Shown here: positions 1 through 11,580 of the stretch, piece by piece
Layout: every line of letters begins with the position of its first letter
Numbering within the stretch: the stretch's first letter is position 1
Assembly: GCF_009834535.1 (NCBI RefSeq)
Contig: NC_045696.1
Span: 108,130,001 to 108,194,000, forward strand
Direction: 5' to 3'
Source of the DNA: Camelus ferus
Taxonomy: Eukaryota
Length of the DNA: 64,000 nucleotides
The notes under the pieces: generated by a model
Database searches by the model: none
What the model was told of the DNA's origin: nothing
The model's input: the letters and a program-made list of their open reading frames with translations, nothing else
Program-made: the position numbers and the translations under genes

Positions 1-165
1 CATTTGAGCCCCCAGTGGATTGGATGATGCCCACCCATGTTGGTGACGGCCCATATTCTTTACTTAATCTACTGACTCAAATGCTAATCTCTTCTAGAAA
101 CCCTTTCACAGACACACCCAGAAGTAATGTTTTACCAGCTATCTGGGCATCCTTAGGCCAATCAC
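1..165 (-). mobile_element. MLT2 (ERVL) LTR fragment, cut by window edge
   Basis: Reverse complement matches the MLT2 5' region: ggattggatgatgcccaccc...cacagacacacccagaagtaatgttttaccagctatctgggca. Confidence 0.75.
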
Positions 166-384
166 ACTATCTTCCTTCTATCACACTCTTTCTTCTTCGG
201 GCAATTTAGTGGAAATCCACTAGCATCCTCCCAGGAAGGGCCTTTTATGAAGGCTACACCCACACCTTTAACTTAGTCTGTAAAAATAATACTAGTGACC
301 ATGATGTCAACAGAACTCTGAAATTGTGTGGGATTTTCCCAGTTGACACCCATGATCACTTTGGGTCTCCAGGTCATCTCCATG

Positions 385-550
385 AGCATACATTGAACAC
401 ATACTGTATGTACTTCAGATGTTTCACCTTATTTAATCCTCTGAACAATTTTATGAGGCAAATACTAGTATTATCTAAACATTTCAGAAGAGGACTCTGA
501 AGGTCAGAGAGGCAAAGTGCCTTGCCTGAGGTCACACAGCTAGCATAAGT
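385..550 (-). mobile_element. MIR SINE
   Basis: MIR core, antisense: tttaatcctctgaacaat...ggtcagagaggcaaagtgccttgcctgaggtcacacagctag. Confidence 0.8.
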
Positions 551-899
551 TTTTAGGGGACAATTTATCTCCATAGCAGAAGTGTGTCCACTTGCGTCTT
601 CTTTGAGCCCGAGTCATTCCAATGATGTCTGAGCTGGGCATGAACTATTGCTATGCAGTGACAAGGTGGTGGGGGGTGCCCCTGTGCTTTTAGTTCTGGA
701 CACCCCCTAATACCAGGTCACTGCAAAATTCCTTTGTGGTCTGGCCACAGGACAGCATGACCTCACGGAGGTGGATGAGCCTGGGAGACATGGGATGCTG
801 TTCATGAGAGTAGATAGCTAAGGGTCTGAACTGGGGAGACAGCATGAAGAGAGAAAATGAGAACAGTTATGTAATCTGGTGGAGCACAGTACAACAAAT

Positions 900-1230
900 G
901 AAACTTTTAGAGCAATTGGAGAAGAATTTGAATAGTTGAAAGGATGGCTTTAGAGGCAACCAAAGCTCCAAGGAGTCATAAGGAAGAGGGAAGAAAAAAA
1001 ATAATTGTTGCTTCTTAACTAGCATAAAAGGAAATTGCAGGGAGACTTAATGTCAGTGTTCAAACATTTGGAAGGCAGTGCCAAGCTCCTGTAGAATTCC
1101 ACTGAAGACAACGTGCAGAGAATTCTGGTTAAATTAGGGCTTTGAAGCAAGTGGGAGTTTGGTTAGCCTCTAGAAAGGATTTCTTGGAAGCAAGGTGTTT
1201 CTAACACTGTAACAGATATAGTCAAGTTAC
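900..1230 (+). mobile_element. CR1/L3 LINE 3' fragment (probably resumes at ~1760-1830 after the LTR33 insertion)
   Basis: gggagacttaatgtcagtgttcaaacatttggaaggcagtg resembles the CR1/L3 RT C-terminal region; highly diverged. Confidence 0.5.
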
Positions 1231-1231
1231 T

Positions 1232-1759
1232 TGTAGTCAATAGGATATCTGTCAAGCCACTTGGGCACCCAACACTCTTGGACACCTTTCTTAAATTTGG
1301 AGAATTTCTCACATCTGAGTCTGTGCCTCCCCAAGAAAGAAGCCAGAAATGAGTTTTCCCAGCTTCCCTTGAACAGAGTACAGGCTTCAGGTCCTTCCAA
1401 CCGGAGGAACCTGTGTCAGGCTTCTGTTAGGAAGCCAGGGATGCTAGAAAACAGGTGTCCAGATGAGTCCACTCTGGCTAGGGTTGCAGAGCCATTTAGC
1501 ATCCAGAGGTGGCTATGGTTGAGTTTCTGGTGGAAACACATGGTATGCAGTGTTGTTGCTGGGAGGTGTGGTTTCTGTGCCAGTAGGGGTGTTGGCAGGG
1601 ACCCCATGGGAGCAATCTGGAGGGCAGCACGATTAAACTATCATTCCTGGCTTTAGGACCCCTAGAGATGCTGAGAACTACCCTTTAATAAATTTCTTTT
1701 CCACTTGAATCAACTAGGGAGGGTTCTTTTGTTCACAACTAAGAACCTTGACTGGTACA
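1232..1759 (+). mobile_element. LTR33-like ERVL solo LTR
   Basis: Starts TGTAG, ends ACA; AATAAA at ~1687; typical end ...ttcacaactaagaaccttgactggtaca. Confidence 0.7.
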
Positions 1760-1845
1760 ACGGGTAACTGAGTGAGCTTATAAGTCTTTGAGACTTTTAG
1801 AAATAGGAAAAGCACTCAGCTGTCAGTTCAGCATGATCAGAATTT

Positions 1846-2310
1846 GTATCAGTCAGGGTTCTTGGTTGCGAACAACAGAAACCAACTCTGGATATTTTAA
1901 GCAGAAAAGGAATCTATTGGAGGCTCAGAGATTCAATGGGAGGCTAGAGAACCAGCTTGAAATATGGGCAAGAATCAAGACCTTGAGTCAAGAAATCTGC
2001 CATCACAGTCTTTGCTGCCCCAGGATGCCACCTGACCTGCCATTAGGCAATGGAAATTAGACATCCCTGTGGCTGCCAGGAATAAGCTCGACTGTCCCAG
2101 GGTCATAACACCACTTACTGAAGCTTCTGGCTGGGAGAGTCTAACTGTCTGAACTTCCAGGGAGTAGAGACAGGCTGAATCTCCCCACCCTCTGGGCTTC
2201 TGAGATGGGAGGCTGGGCACTGTACTGCACCAGTATAACACACAAAGCAGCCTTACCTCAAAGAGAAAAGGCATTAGATGCAGCAATAATACATGTCTGT
2301 ATCCAGGCAC
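1846..2310 (-). mobile_element. Old MaLR LTR (MLT1K/L/N-like)
   Basis: tgtatcagtcagggttcttggttgcgaacaacagaaaccaactctgg is the antisense 3' end of old MLT1 LTRs. Confidence 0.65.
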
Positions 2311-2550
2311 ATATCCTTAGCTCTTGGTGCTATGAAGTGTTGAGCCGCAAGAGATAAATGGAGGACAGACTCCTAACAGATAAAGAAGTCTCCATGCTGC
2401 AAAAATCAATGAAGGAAAAAAATTAATTTTTTTCCATCCCAATTTCATGGTTTATTTGCATTTCTATCCCCCTTTTTACAGTCTAATTCTTTGTCCTAAT
2501 TCTAAAGCAACTGCTGGGACAATAGATCAGGTGCTTTAAGATCTATCTCT

Positions 2551-2596
2551 CCATCCATCCATCCATCCATCCATCCGTCCGTCCAACCATCCATCC
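2551..2596. repeat. (CCAT)n microsatellite at an L2 tail
   Basis: ccatccatccatcc... seen directly. Confidence 0.9.
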
Positions 2597-2742
2597 TCCA
2601 GCAAGCATTTACTAAGCACCTCCCCTAGGCATGCCCCAGGTAGGTGCTGGTGATGCAGAAATGAACCAATAAGGCAGTTTCTACTTTAAGGAGCTCAGTC
2701 AGTGGGGGAGCTGCTATATAAGCAGACAATTATAGTACAAGA

Positions 2743-3346
2743 TGTGTTAGTTTCTTTGCTGCTGTGTAACAGATGACACCAAATTTAGTGATGTAAGTTT
2801 AGCTCACAGTTACGTGGGTCAGAAGTCTAGTATGGGGTATCTGCTCAGGGTATCATAAGGCTGGAATCAAGATGTTGGCTGGAATGAATTCTTGTCTGGA
2901 GGCTCTGTGGAAAAATCCACTTCCGAGTTCATCGTGTTGTTGGCAGAATTTAGTTCCTTGAGGTTTTAGGACTACAGTCCCCATTCCCATGTTGGCTGCC
3001 AACTAGAGACTGCTCTCGGCACCTGGAGCTGCTCCTAGGTCCTTGCCCCTGGCCCCCTCCATCTCAGCAATGGAGAACCTCCTTGGGTTGAATCCACTCA
3101 TGCTTTAGTCTCTTTCTGAGTTCCTCTTGTCTGACTAACTGAAGAATACTCTGCTTTTGAAGGACTCTTATGATTAGATTAGGACTACCTGGTTAATCTC
3201 CCTATTTTAAGGCCAACTGTATAGCATATATAATACAGCACTGTGGGAGTAAAGTCACTGTCCCAGCGATTATGCAGGGTGTGTACACTAGGGACTGAGG
3301 CGGGGTGAGAGACCTTAGGGAACATTTTAGAATCCTGTCTACCACA
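2743..3346 (-). mobile_element. MaLR MLT1 solo LTR (MLT1D/E-like)
   Basis: TG...CA termini (tgtgttagtttc...ctaccaca) with 5-bp TSD CAAGA (2738-2742) / CAAGG (3347-3351). Confidence 0.85.
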
Positions 3347-3719
3347 CAAGGTGACATGCAAAGTATGGAGGTACACACGAGGAAAGACAGAAGGATAAGG
3401 GAGGGATACTGATCCTAGTTTTGGAGGTGGGGGAGGAAGTCAGGGAAGTCTTTTTGCAGGGGTATCATCTGGATTAAAAGTTGAGAAGGACTTAATCCTG
3501 CAAAGTGGGGATCAGCCATAAGGACCATTCCAGGTAGAAGGAGTGACTTCCGTGGGGCCAGGGGTATGACACAGCAGAGTGTAACTGGAAACAGAAAGTT
3601 TGGGGTTGCTAGAGAGTAAATTTCAGGGGAGGAAGTGGTCAGACAAGGACCTGGGGAGGCCCAAAGGGGTCAGGTCAAAGAAGACTTTATCATTCTCATC
3701 TGGGGAAATTAGATCTTTG

Positions 3720-3830
3720 GGCTTAGCCTGGAATTTCTGATTTTGGGTGGGGCCCTAGAGTCTGCATTTCTAACAAGTTCCCAGGTGATGCTGACACTGC
3801 TGGCCTGGGACCAGCTTTGAGCACAGCTGC
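3720..3830. mobile_element. MER5A (hAT-Charlie) fragment
   Basis: gggtggggccctagagtctgcatttctaacaagttcccaggtgatgctgacactgctggcctgggaccagctttgag is the MER5A hallmark. Confidence 0.8.
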
Positions 3831-5974
3831 TTGAAGAATGAATGGAGGAGAGCAAGACTAAGGGCCCGAAGGGGGCCATGGTTCCAGTCTAACAGGAGTT
3901 ACTGAGGCTCTGGCCAGGCTCAGAGCCAGAGTTGTTAGGGGTGAAAATAGTGCAGAGTGGATGGGATTTGGGAAAGATTTAGGAGGCAGTGCTGGGGTGC
4001 AGGTGTACGAGGCAGGGCAACATTAGGGTGATCTGCCACGAGAAAGCTGCAAGAGATTTTAGCCGTTATGCACTCAAGGTCTCTCATTCCTCTGATGGGC
4101 AGTGTGAGGGCTGAGAGAGCAAAGGATCCCTTCAAAATCACACAGACTTTGGTACTGGCCCTGGGACATGGGACTCAGACTTCCTGATCTCCACGACATA
4201 ACATTTGTAAGTGAATTTGGAAAGAACAAAACAAAATAAAAATAGGGCAGCCTCCAGCCATCCCAGAAACTCCCGGTCAGTCTCATTTCTGCAGCTCCCG
4301 AGCTCCCCCCTGCCCACTTCTTGACCATGCGTGCTTCCTGGAAAGGTCACTGCAGCCTGTGTACAAGAGAACCAGCATCCCCTCCCTGGACAGGGACCTG
4401 TAAGGGTTCCTGAAAGAGAGGTCAACCTTATCAAAGATGTTTTAAGTCCTCTAACTGATCTCCTTTCAGCTCCCGGCTCTTGGTTGCAGGAGAATTTTCA
4501 TGGCTGAGAGACCCTGCTAGTGACAAATTTGCTGAAGCGTGGAGACAAGATTGGGAAATTACAGCACGCTCTTGGATTTCCAAAGGGACGGATACTGAAC
4601 GCGGACATTTCTTTTCACACGTACAGAAGTCGGCGTGCATGCGCCTGCGAGGGAGATCAATTCTAACCCCCAAAGGCCCCTTTGTCTCACTGAAGCGCTT
4701 ATTAAATGAATCTGTGTTTCCACTGGCAGTTCAGAGTCATCTAGAAAGGGAACACAATGCCGTGTCAGTCAGTATTTGTTACTGTCAGAGGCTTCCTCGC
4801 CATCCGCCCAGCGTTTATTGTCTTTTTGGGGCCCGTTTTATCCATTTTCTGTGGGCAAAGTCATTAATCTTCCTCCTGGCTCGGGTGCTGTGCATCCCTG
4901 ACAGCCAGGGTCCCAGCTTCCTGGGCTGCTGAGTAGGGGCACCTCACGGCCTCGCGGTACCGGAGCTTTGATTAGAGAGAGGACTGAGCAGAGCCATAAA
5001 GAAGAGCGAGAAGGGAGGGCTGCAGACATCTGGGGTCCCAGGAGGCACTGGGGATCTGCGGAAAAGGTCACTGTTTTTGAATCATCTCCAGTGCACCCTG
5101 ACACCAAAATACACTTAGTCCTATGCAGAGTCACTTGATAAAGAAGCTAATGAAGTGGAAAGATGTCAGCAGAGCTAAGCGGGCCAGGCTCTCGGGGATG
5201 CGCCATGAGTCAACCCTCCGTTTCCATGGAAACCAGAGAGGCTTGGCTTCTTTCTCCCTCTCCTTCGGTTTGGAAGGTCTCTCCTTGGTAACCTTGACCC
5301 TTTCACATAGGCAGCCAGAGATAAGGAATTCCATTTTCCCTTATCTGGTCATGGTTGGCTGGTAGACACTGATGGGTCTGTGGTGGGGGAGGGGCGCTGG
5401 CCGGGGGCTCTGGAGTGCCTTAATTCAAATGCATGAAGTGGAGGGTGGGAGGCGAGAGAAAAAGAACACAGTTAATTAAGGTTGATATTGCAGAGAAGGT
5501 TGTTTTCTGAATAATAAATTCTATGGGCTTCAAAAACAAGTGCAATTAAAGGAGCGCAAAAAGGAGAGACAGCTGAAGGGCAGGGGAGGACCGGTTTGGT
5601 CAGGGGTGTTTTCTTGGGGGGTTGGGGGTGAGGGATAGAGGCTACATCTAGGAAGCACTCACTATGCTAGGATCTTGATACACAGAACAAACACTGTGTT
5701 TGATGATAGCGTGTGATATTACTGCCCCTACAAATGTCCTTTGCCTTGAGCTGTGGGGTCATTTGTAGCCTCAGCTAATGGAGAACAGCTTTGAAATTGA
5801 TCCAGATGGGAGAGTTGCCTTTAGGTTACTATTGAGGAAAAGGATTTTTTTTTTCAATCTAGGCTCAGACATGTTGCTTCTGGGCAGATGCCTTCCCCAG
5901 CCACGCTGTATATCACTTTTCAGTTCAAGTGCCCACTGCACTCTTATGTTTTCTGTATCTTCTGGGGTAAATTA

Positions 5975-7104
5975 TTCAAATTAGATAGGTTTTTGGAGTT
6001 TTTTTCCCAGGGTTTTTTTTTTTTTTTTTCCCTCCAGATATATGCCCAGGAGTGGGATTGCTGGATCGTATTGTAACTCTATTTTTAGTTTTTAAAGGAA
6101 CCTCTGTACTGTTTTCCATAGTGGCTGTACCAAACTACATTCCCACCAACAGTGTAGGAGGGTTGCTTTGCTCCACACCCTCCCTCCCATTTATTATTTG
6201 CAGACTTTTTTGATGATAGCCATTCTGACCAGTGTGGGGTGACACCTCATTGTAGTTTTGATTTGCATTTCTCAAATAATTAGTGAAATTGAGCATGTTT
6301 TCATATACCTGTTGGCCACCTGGATGTCTTCTTTGGAAAAATGTCTGTTTAGGTCTTCTGCCCATTTTTTGACATTGGCTTGTTTGAACTGTTTGTGTAT
6401 TTTGGATATTAACCCCTTGTCAGTTGCATTGTTTGCAAATGTTTTCTTCTACCCCATCAGTTATCTTTTCATTTTGTTGATGGTTTCCTTTGCTGTACAA
6501 AAGTTTTAAAGTTTGATTAATCCTCATTTGTTTATTTTTGCTTTCATATCTTTTGCCGTGGGAGACTGATCTAAGGAAATGTTGCTGTGATCTATGCCAA
6601 AGAATGTTTTGCCTGTGTTCTCTTCTAGGAGTTTTATGGTGACTTGCATTTAGGTCTTTAAACCATTTTAAATTTGTTTCATATACGGTGTGAGGGAATG
6701 TTCTAATTTCATTACTTTACATGCAGCTGTCCAGTTTTCCCAACACCATTTGTTGAAGGTATTGTTTTTTCTCTACTGTATATTCTTGCTTCTTTTGTCA
6801 TAGATTAATTAACTGTAGGTGCATGGGTTTATTTCTGGGCTCTCTATTCAGTTCTGTTGATCTATGGCCTGTTTCAGTGCTAATACCATACTGTTTTGAT
6901 TTCTGTAGCTTTGTAGTATAATCTGAGGCCTGGAAAGATTATACCTCCAACTTTGTTCTTTTTTTCTCAGGATTGCTTTGGCAATTCAGAATCTTTTGTG
7001 GTTCTGTATAAATTTTAGGAATATTTGTTCTAATTCTGTGAAAAATGTCATGGGTATATTGATAGGGATCACATTAAATCTGTAGATTGCTTTAGGCAGT
7101 ATAG
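5975..7104 (-). mobile_element. L1 ORF2 fragment, truncated at both ends
   Basis: Minus-strand translation ...[38 protein letters not shown] is L1 ORF2; flanked by tctggggtaaatta (5961-5974) / tctggagtaaatta (7105-7118). Confidence 0.9.
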
Positions 7105-7744
7105 TCTGGAGTAAATTAGTGATTGAGAAAAATTTACTTGTCCCTGGCCAGTTTAATCTTGGTGCTCCTTTGGGTTGTTTATCCATTCTTGGATCAAAAA
7201 AGTGTGGTGTGTGGTCAAGTCTATGTGGTACTAACATAGCCCCCAACCCACTCCCTCAATGACAATTATGGACTGGGATAAGTTCTTAGAGAAAGAGATA
7301 CAGTGTCAGGCTACCCCGGATATATTTGTTATAAGACTATCTTAGCCTTCAACTTACATCCTCAGGGAAAAAAAAATGTATATTTAAAAATTATTATTAT
7401 AAAGGTAAAAAATCTTCACATGCCTTCTTCTTTAATAAATGTGAGTCTTATTCTTTTATAATTGGGAATCAGGAAACATATGCACAGGTGTGTGCAGGAA
7501 CGGGACAATCTCAAATTTGGCTAGGCTACCAAGGAGGAAGCTCTCTGTGGTTGGAGAAGGTGGGTTCTCAGGATTCTCTCAATCCACCCATTCTTATCAT
7601 ATTATAAACAGTGATCTAAGTTGGGGTTGGGATAAACTTATCGGAAAAAAGATTGGAGGAAATGACACTCCCTTTCCAGCTAATAGAACAATGGCTTGGG
7701 GGAATATTGGAAGCAGAAGAGCTTTTGCCTAGCTTCACATAGAT

Positions 7745-8060
7745 TGTGGGTAGAGATTTCCTGTGTATGATTCATCAGTAAAGGACTGGTTAAATAAATC
7801 ATGCTACATCTATAATGAAACACAATACAGCTATATATGATCATGAGGAAACTCTCGAATGATATGGAAAGCATTCCAGCATCCACTATTCTGTGAAAAA
7901 AGCAAGAGCAGAGCAGTGTGTATATTAATTTTGACTTCTATTGGAAAATGGAGACAAACAAGAACATATTTTCATTTATACTTACATAGGCCCTCAGGCA
8001 GTATATACAATCAATCAATCAATCAATCAATCAATCGATAATAAAAATAAATTACCTGTA
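7745..8060 (+). mobile_element. Old L1 (L1ME-type) 3' end remnant containing (ATCA)n at ~8009-8036
   Basis: ggactggttaaataaatcatgctacatctataatgaaacacaatacagc resembles the L1ME ORF2 end/3'UTR. Confidence 0.55.
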
Positions 8061-8079
8061 GAAGGATGGAGTAAGAATT

Positions 8080-9983
8080 GATGAATGGACTGAAAGACTG
8101 AAAGAGAGACTATACACATTAATTTTTCTGGGAGTGAGGCAACTATAAGAGGTTTGATATGTTCCCCACATACCCCAGGTTGACTGAAGGCTGTGAATAT
8201 GAACAGCAGAAACATACCACACATCTCTGGTCCACAGGGACTGTGCTCATGCACAGAGGACTATGTGAAACATCCCAAAGGGCTATGGCAGAAAGTAAAC
8301 TCCAGGAGACAGTTGAAAATGGCCTGAATTCTGAATGAGCTCGCTAGCTCACACACTGATCCCCCAGCAGAGAGGGCAAGCATCCCGCCTCGCTCAAGGT
8401 GTTGGAGTGTGGCCTCTAGCTAATCTTTGGTTGAATGTTAGGTATATAGACATTAGGATGAACTCTAGGAAGCTTGGATTAAAAATAAACCTGAGCAGAG
8501 ACAGCAGCAACCATGCAGGAGACAGACTTCACAGATTTGGTCCAGGCAAGTTAAGCAACAAACAAGCAAACAAAAAAAATAGCAACAAGGGGGAGGGGAA
8601 ATTAGAATCCAGAATTGTGAAAATATATGGTATAAAATGTCCAGGATTCAACAAAAATTGTGAGACAGGTAAAGAAGAAAATCTGAGTTATACAATAGGA
8701 AAAAAAAAAAGAAGTCAATAGAAATAGTCTCTCAGTTCCCTAAGATGTTGGAATTAACAGATAAGTATTTCCAAATTAGCTATTATAAATATGTTAAAAT
8801 AACTAAAATAAATCAAGTTCAAATAATTAAATAAAAGTTGAATAACACCAATTCAGTGAATAGCAAATATCAAGAAAAACAGCAGTTTTTTTAAAAAGGA
8901 GATTCTGGAGTTGAAAACTGTAATAATTTAAACAAACAAAAACTCACCAGAATGGCTAAGTAGCAAAAGATTTTAGATGGCAGAGGAAAGAATTAGTGAA
9001 TTTGAAGATAAATCAAAAGAAATTAGCCACATTGAATAACAGGGAGAAAGACGTCTGAAAAAAAAAAAAAAAACGAACAGAGGCTCAGAGACCTGTGGGC
9101 CACTATTGAGTCTATCAGCATACATGTATGGTTGTTTCAGAAAAAGAGGAAATAATGGTCAAAAATTCCCCAAATTTGACTAAACCTTAATTTACAGATT
9201 CAAGGAACTTAGCAAATCTTAAGAAGAATAAACTCAAAGAAATTAAAAACAATGCATGTCATTGTGATACTATTGAAAGTCAAAGACAAAGAGAAACTCT
9301 TGGAAGCAGAAAGAGAAAACCAGCTCATGTACAGAGAAAACATATGATTGTTTGCTGACTTTTTAATCAGAACAATAAAGTCTGAAGGCAATGGAATGAC
9401 ATTTTCATAGTGTTGAAAGAAAGAAAAAATGTCTAAATCTAACAAAGCTATTCTTCAAAAATGAAGGTGAAATAGAAACATTCTCAGATAAACAAATATT
9501 GAGAGAATTTGTTTCTACCAGACTTGCCTTACAAGAAATACTAAAAGCTGAAAAGAAGTGGCAGCAGACAGGAACTTGAATTCACAGAAAGAAATGAAGT
9601 GCTCTGAAATGGTAAATTTTTGAAAATTAAACAACCTTCTAAATAACCTAGGGGTCAAATTAGTGACAGAAGAGGAAATTAGAAAATATTTTTATACAAA
9701 TGAAAATAGAGACACAATTTAACAAGGTTTATGGGATGAAAATAAAGCAGCACCTACTGAGAAATTTATAGCTTTTAAAGTGCATATTGGAAAAGAAGAA
9801 AGGTCTGCAATCAATAACCTAAGCTTCCCCATTAAGAAATGAGAAAAGTAGAGTAACTAAATTCAAAGTAAACAGAAGGGAGTAAATAATAAGAGTTGAG
9901 TGGAAATCAATGGAACAGAAAATAGAAAATAAACGAAATGAAAAGTTGATTCTTTGAAAGGATAAAGAAATGTTGAGAAAATC
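8080..9983 (+). mobile_element. Old L1M: 5'UTR, ORF1 and start of ORF2 (degenerate)
   Basis: A-rich; ORF1 hallmarks (gaacagaggctcagagacctgtggg, ttcttcaaaaatgaaggtgaaatagaaacattctcagataaac); ORF2 region at 9630-9980; many stops. Confidence 0.8.
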
Positions 9984-10430
9984 TGTATTAGTTTTCTATT
10001 GCTACTGTAACAAGTTACCACAAATATAGTGGCTTAAAAAACACAATTTTGTTAGAGGGGAGGGTATAGCTCGGTGGTAGAGTGCTGACTTAGCATGCAC
10101 AGGGTCCTGAGTTCAATCCCCAGTACCTCCATTAAAAAATAAATACATAAGTAAGTCAACCTAATTACCTCCCCTCTCAAAAGATTTTGTTACCTTACAG
10201 TTCTGGAGATCAGAAGTATGACATGGATCTTGTTGAGCCAATGTCAAGTTGTTGGCAGAGGGCATTCATTTGTGGAGACTCCAGGGAGAATCCATTTCCT
10301 TGCCTTTTCCAGCTCAAGAGACCACCTTCCTTCCTTGGCTTATGGCCCTCTTCTTGTATTTTCAAAGCCAGGTAGCAATATAGGGCCAAGACCTTCTCAT
10401 ACTGTCCTTTCTTTAGTCCTCCTTCTTATG
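9984..10430 (-). mobile_element. MaLR MLT1 (MLT1C/D-like) LTR, split by a Vic-1 SINE
   Basis: tgtattagttttctattgctactgtaacaagttaccac...acagttctggagatcagaagt...ggagaatccatttccttgccttttccagct. Confidence 0.8.
10057..10183 (+). mobile_element. Vic-1-type tRNA-derived SINE (camelid)
   Basis: ggggagggtatagctcggtggtagagtg...gagttcaatccccagtacctcc with A and B boxes, A-rich middle and aacctaattacctcccc tail; TSD core ATTTTGTTA at 10046-10054 and 10184-10192. Confidence 0.85.
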
Positions 10431-10434
10431 CCTC

Positions 10435-10760
10435 CAAAACATTAAGTGAAAGAAGCTGGTGTCCAAGGGCTTCATCATGTATGGTTTCAATTATACAAAA
10501 TATCCAGTGAAAGCAAATTATATAGTCAGGAGGCTGATCCCGATCAGTGGTTATCTGGAGCTTGGTGTGGGGACGGGGACTGACTGTGAAGGAACTTGAA
10601 AGGATTTATTTTGGGTGATGAAAATGTTCTAAAATGGATTGTGATGATGGTGGCCTAACTCTATATAAAGTTACCAAATATATTGCTTTGTACACTTACA
10701 ATGAGTGAATTGCATAGTATGAAAATTATTCCTCAATAAAGCTTTATTAAAAAAAAAAAC
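10435..10760 (+). mobile_element. Old L1 (L1MC/MD-like) 3' UTR with poly(A)
   Basis: gggtgatgaaaatgttctaaaatggattgtgatgatgg...cctcaataaagctttattaaaaaaaaaaa. Confidence 0.75.
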
Positions 10761-10883
10761 CCTGTCAAAGAATAAATCAGAGTAGGGGAAATGAGATAAT
10801 GATACATGCAAAATGCATTTCTGAGAGTCTCTACCTCTGTTAGACCAAACGTGTTGGTTTCTATTAGTCAAAGCATGATGGAA

Positions 10884-10935
10884 TACACCAGAAATTGACA
10901 CAACATTGTAAACTGACCATACTTCAATTTTAAAA
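10884..10935 (+). mobile_element. Extremely 5'-truncated young L1 (52 bp)
   Basis: tacaccagaaattgacacaacattgtaaactgaccatacttcaat matches the L1 ends at ~13590-13630 and ~40310-40350; TSD aaagcatgatggaa (10870-10883) / aaagcacgattgaa (10936-10949). Confidence 0.8.
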
Positions 10936-11049
10936 AAAGCACGATTGAAGATGTATAAAATCAGTCATTCCGAAACACAGCTATTCCTTTATTGAATTCT
11001 GAGAGAAATTTCTTTTGCTGAATTTATTCTATTCATTTTTTTTTAATAT

Positions 11050-11175
11050 TCTATTCACTTATTCATAAACATTCACTGTGCATCTGTTACATGCCAAGCC
11101 CTGTGTTAGGTTCTGACTACACAGGAGTGAACAAAACAGTCATGTTTCTTGCCCTCCTGAAATTTTGGGTCTATG
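11050..11175 (-). mobile_element. L2 3' end
   Basis: attcataaacattcactgtgcatctgttacatgccaagccctgtgttagg...gtgaacaaaacag. Confidence 0.7.
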
Positions 11176-11179
11176 ATTC

Positions 11180-11580
11180 TTCCTAGGTGTGGTTCCTAAT
11201 CATTTTAAACATAATTGAGATATTAGTGTATGTGTCATTCTGTATTTTGTTTTTTTACTAAATATTATAAGCATCTAATCATATCATTAAAAGTGCTTCA
11301 CAAACCTAATTTTTTTCACCACAACCTTTACTACTACATGCCTCTGTGTTGAACATTTAAAATATTTCTGGTTTATTGCTATTATACATAATGCTCCAAC
11401 GAACTTCTTTGCAAATGAATCTTTGTTTCCCTTTCCTTTTTTTTTTCCCAACTAGACCCTCAGAAGAGATAATATTGGATCAAAGTTATAAATACAGACC
11501 TTGATATATAAAGTCTTGGTACCTATTGTCAAATTGCTTTCTGGAAAGGTGGTATCAGTTGGACTCCCACCAGCAGGGTT
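11180..11580 (-). mobile_element. Old L1ME 3' remnant
   Basis: ttgtcaaattgctttctggaaaggtggtatcagttggactcccaccagcag is the antisense L1 ORF2 end. Confidence 0.6.

Larger units (their letters stand above)
2597..4080 (-). mobile_element. Fragmented L2 LINE interrupted by MLT1 (2743-3346) and MER5A (~3720-3830)
   Basis: L2 3' end, antisense: caagcatttactaagcacctcc...ggtgctggtgatgcagaaatgaacc; purine-rich L2-like sequence continues at 3350-3690 and 3835-4080. Confidence 0.65.

Noticed and set aside
4480..4932. 150-aa ORF in unique sequence
   Set aside because: Non-ATG start, no recognisable domain and no clear splice context; a regulatory reading fits better.
10057..10130. tRNA-like sequence (also ~18830-18899 on the minus strand)
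   Set aside because: It is the tRNA-derived head of a SINE with a SINE tail and TSD; not a functional tRNA gene.
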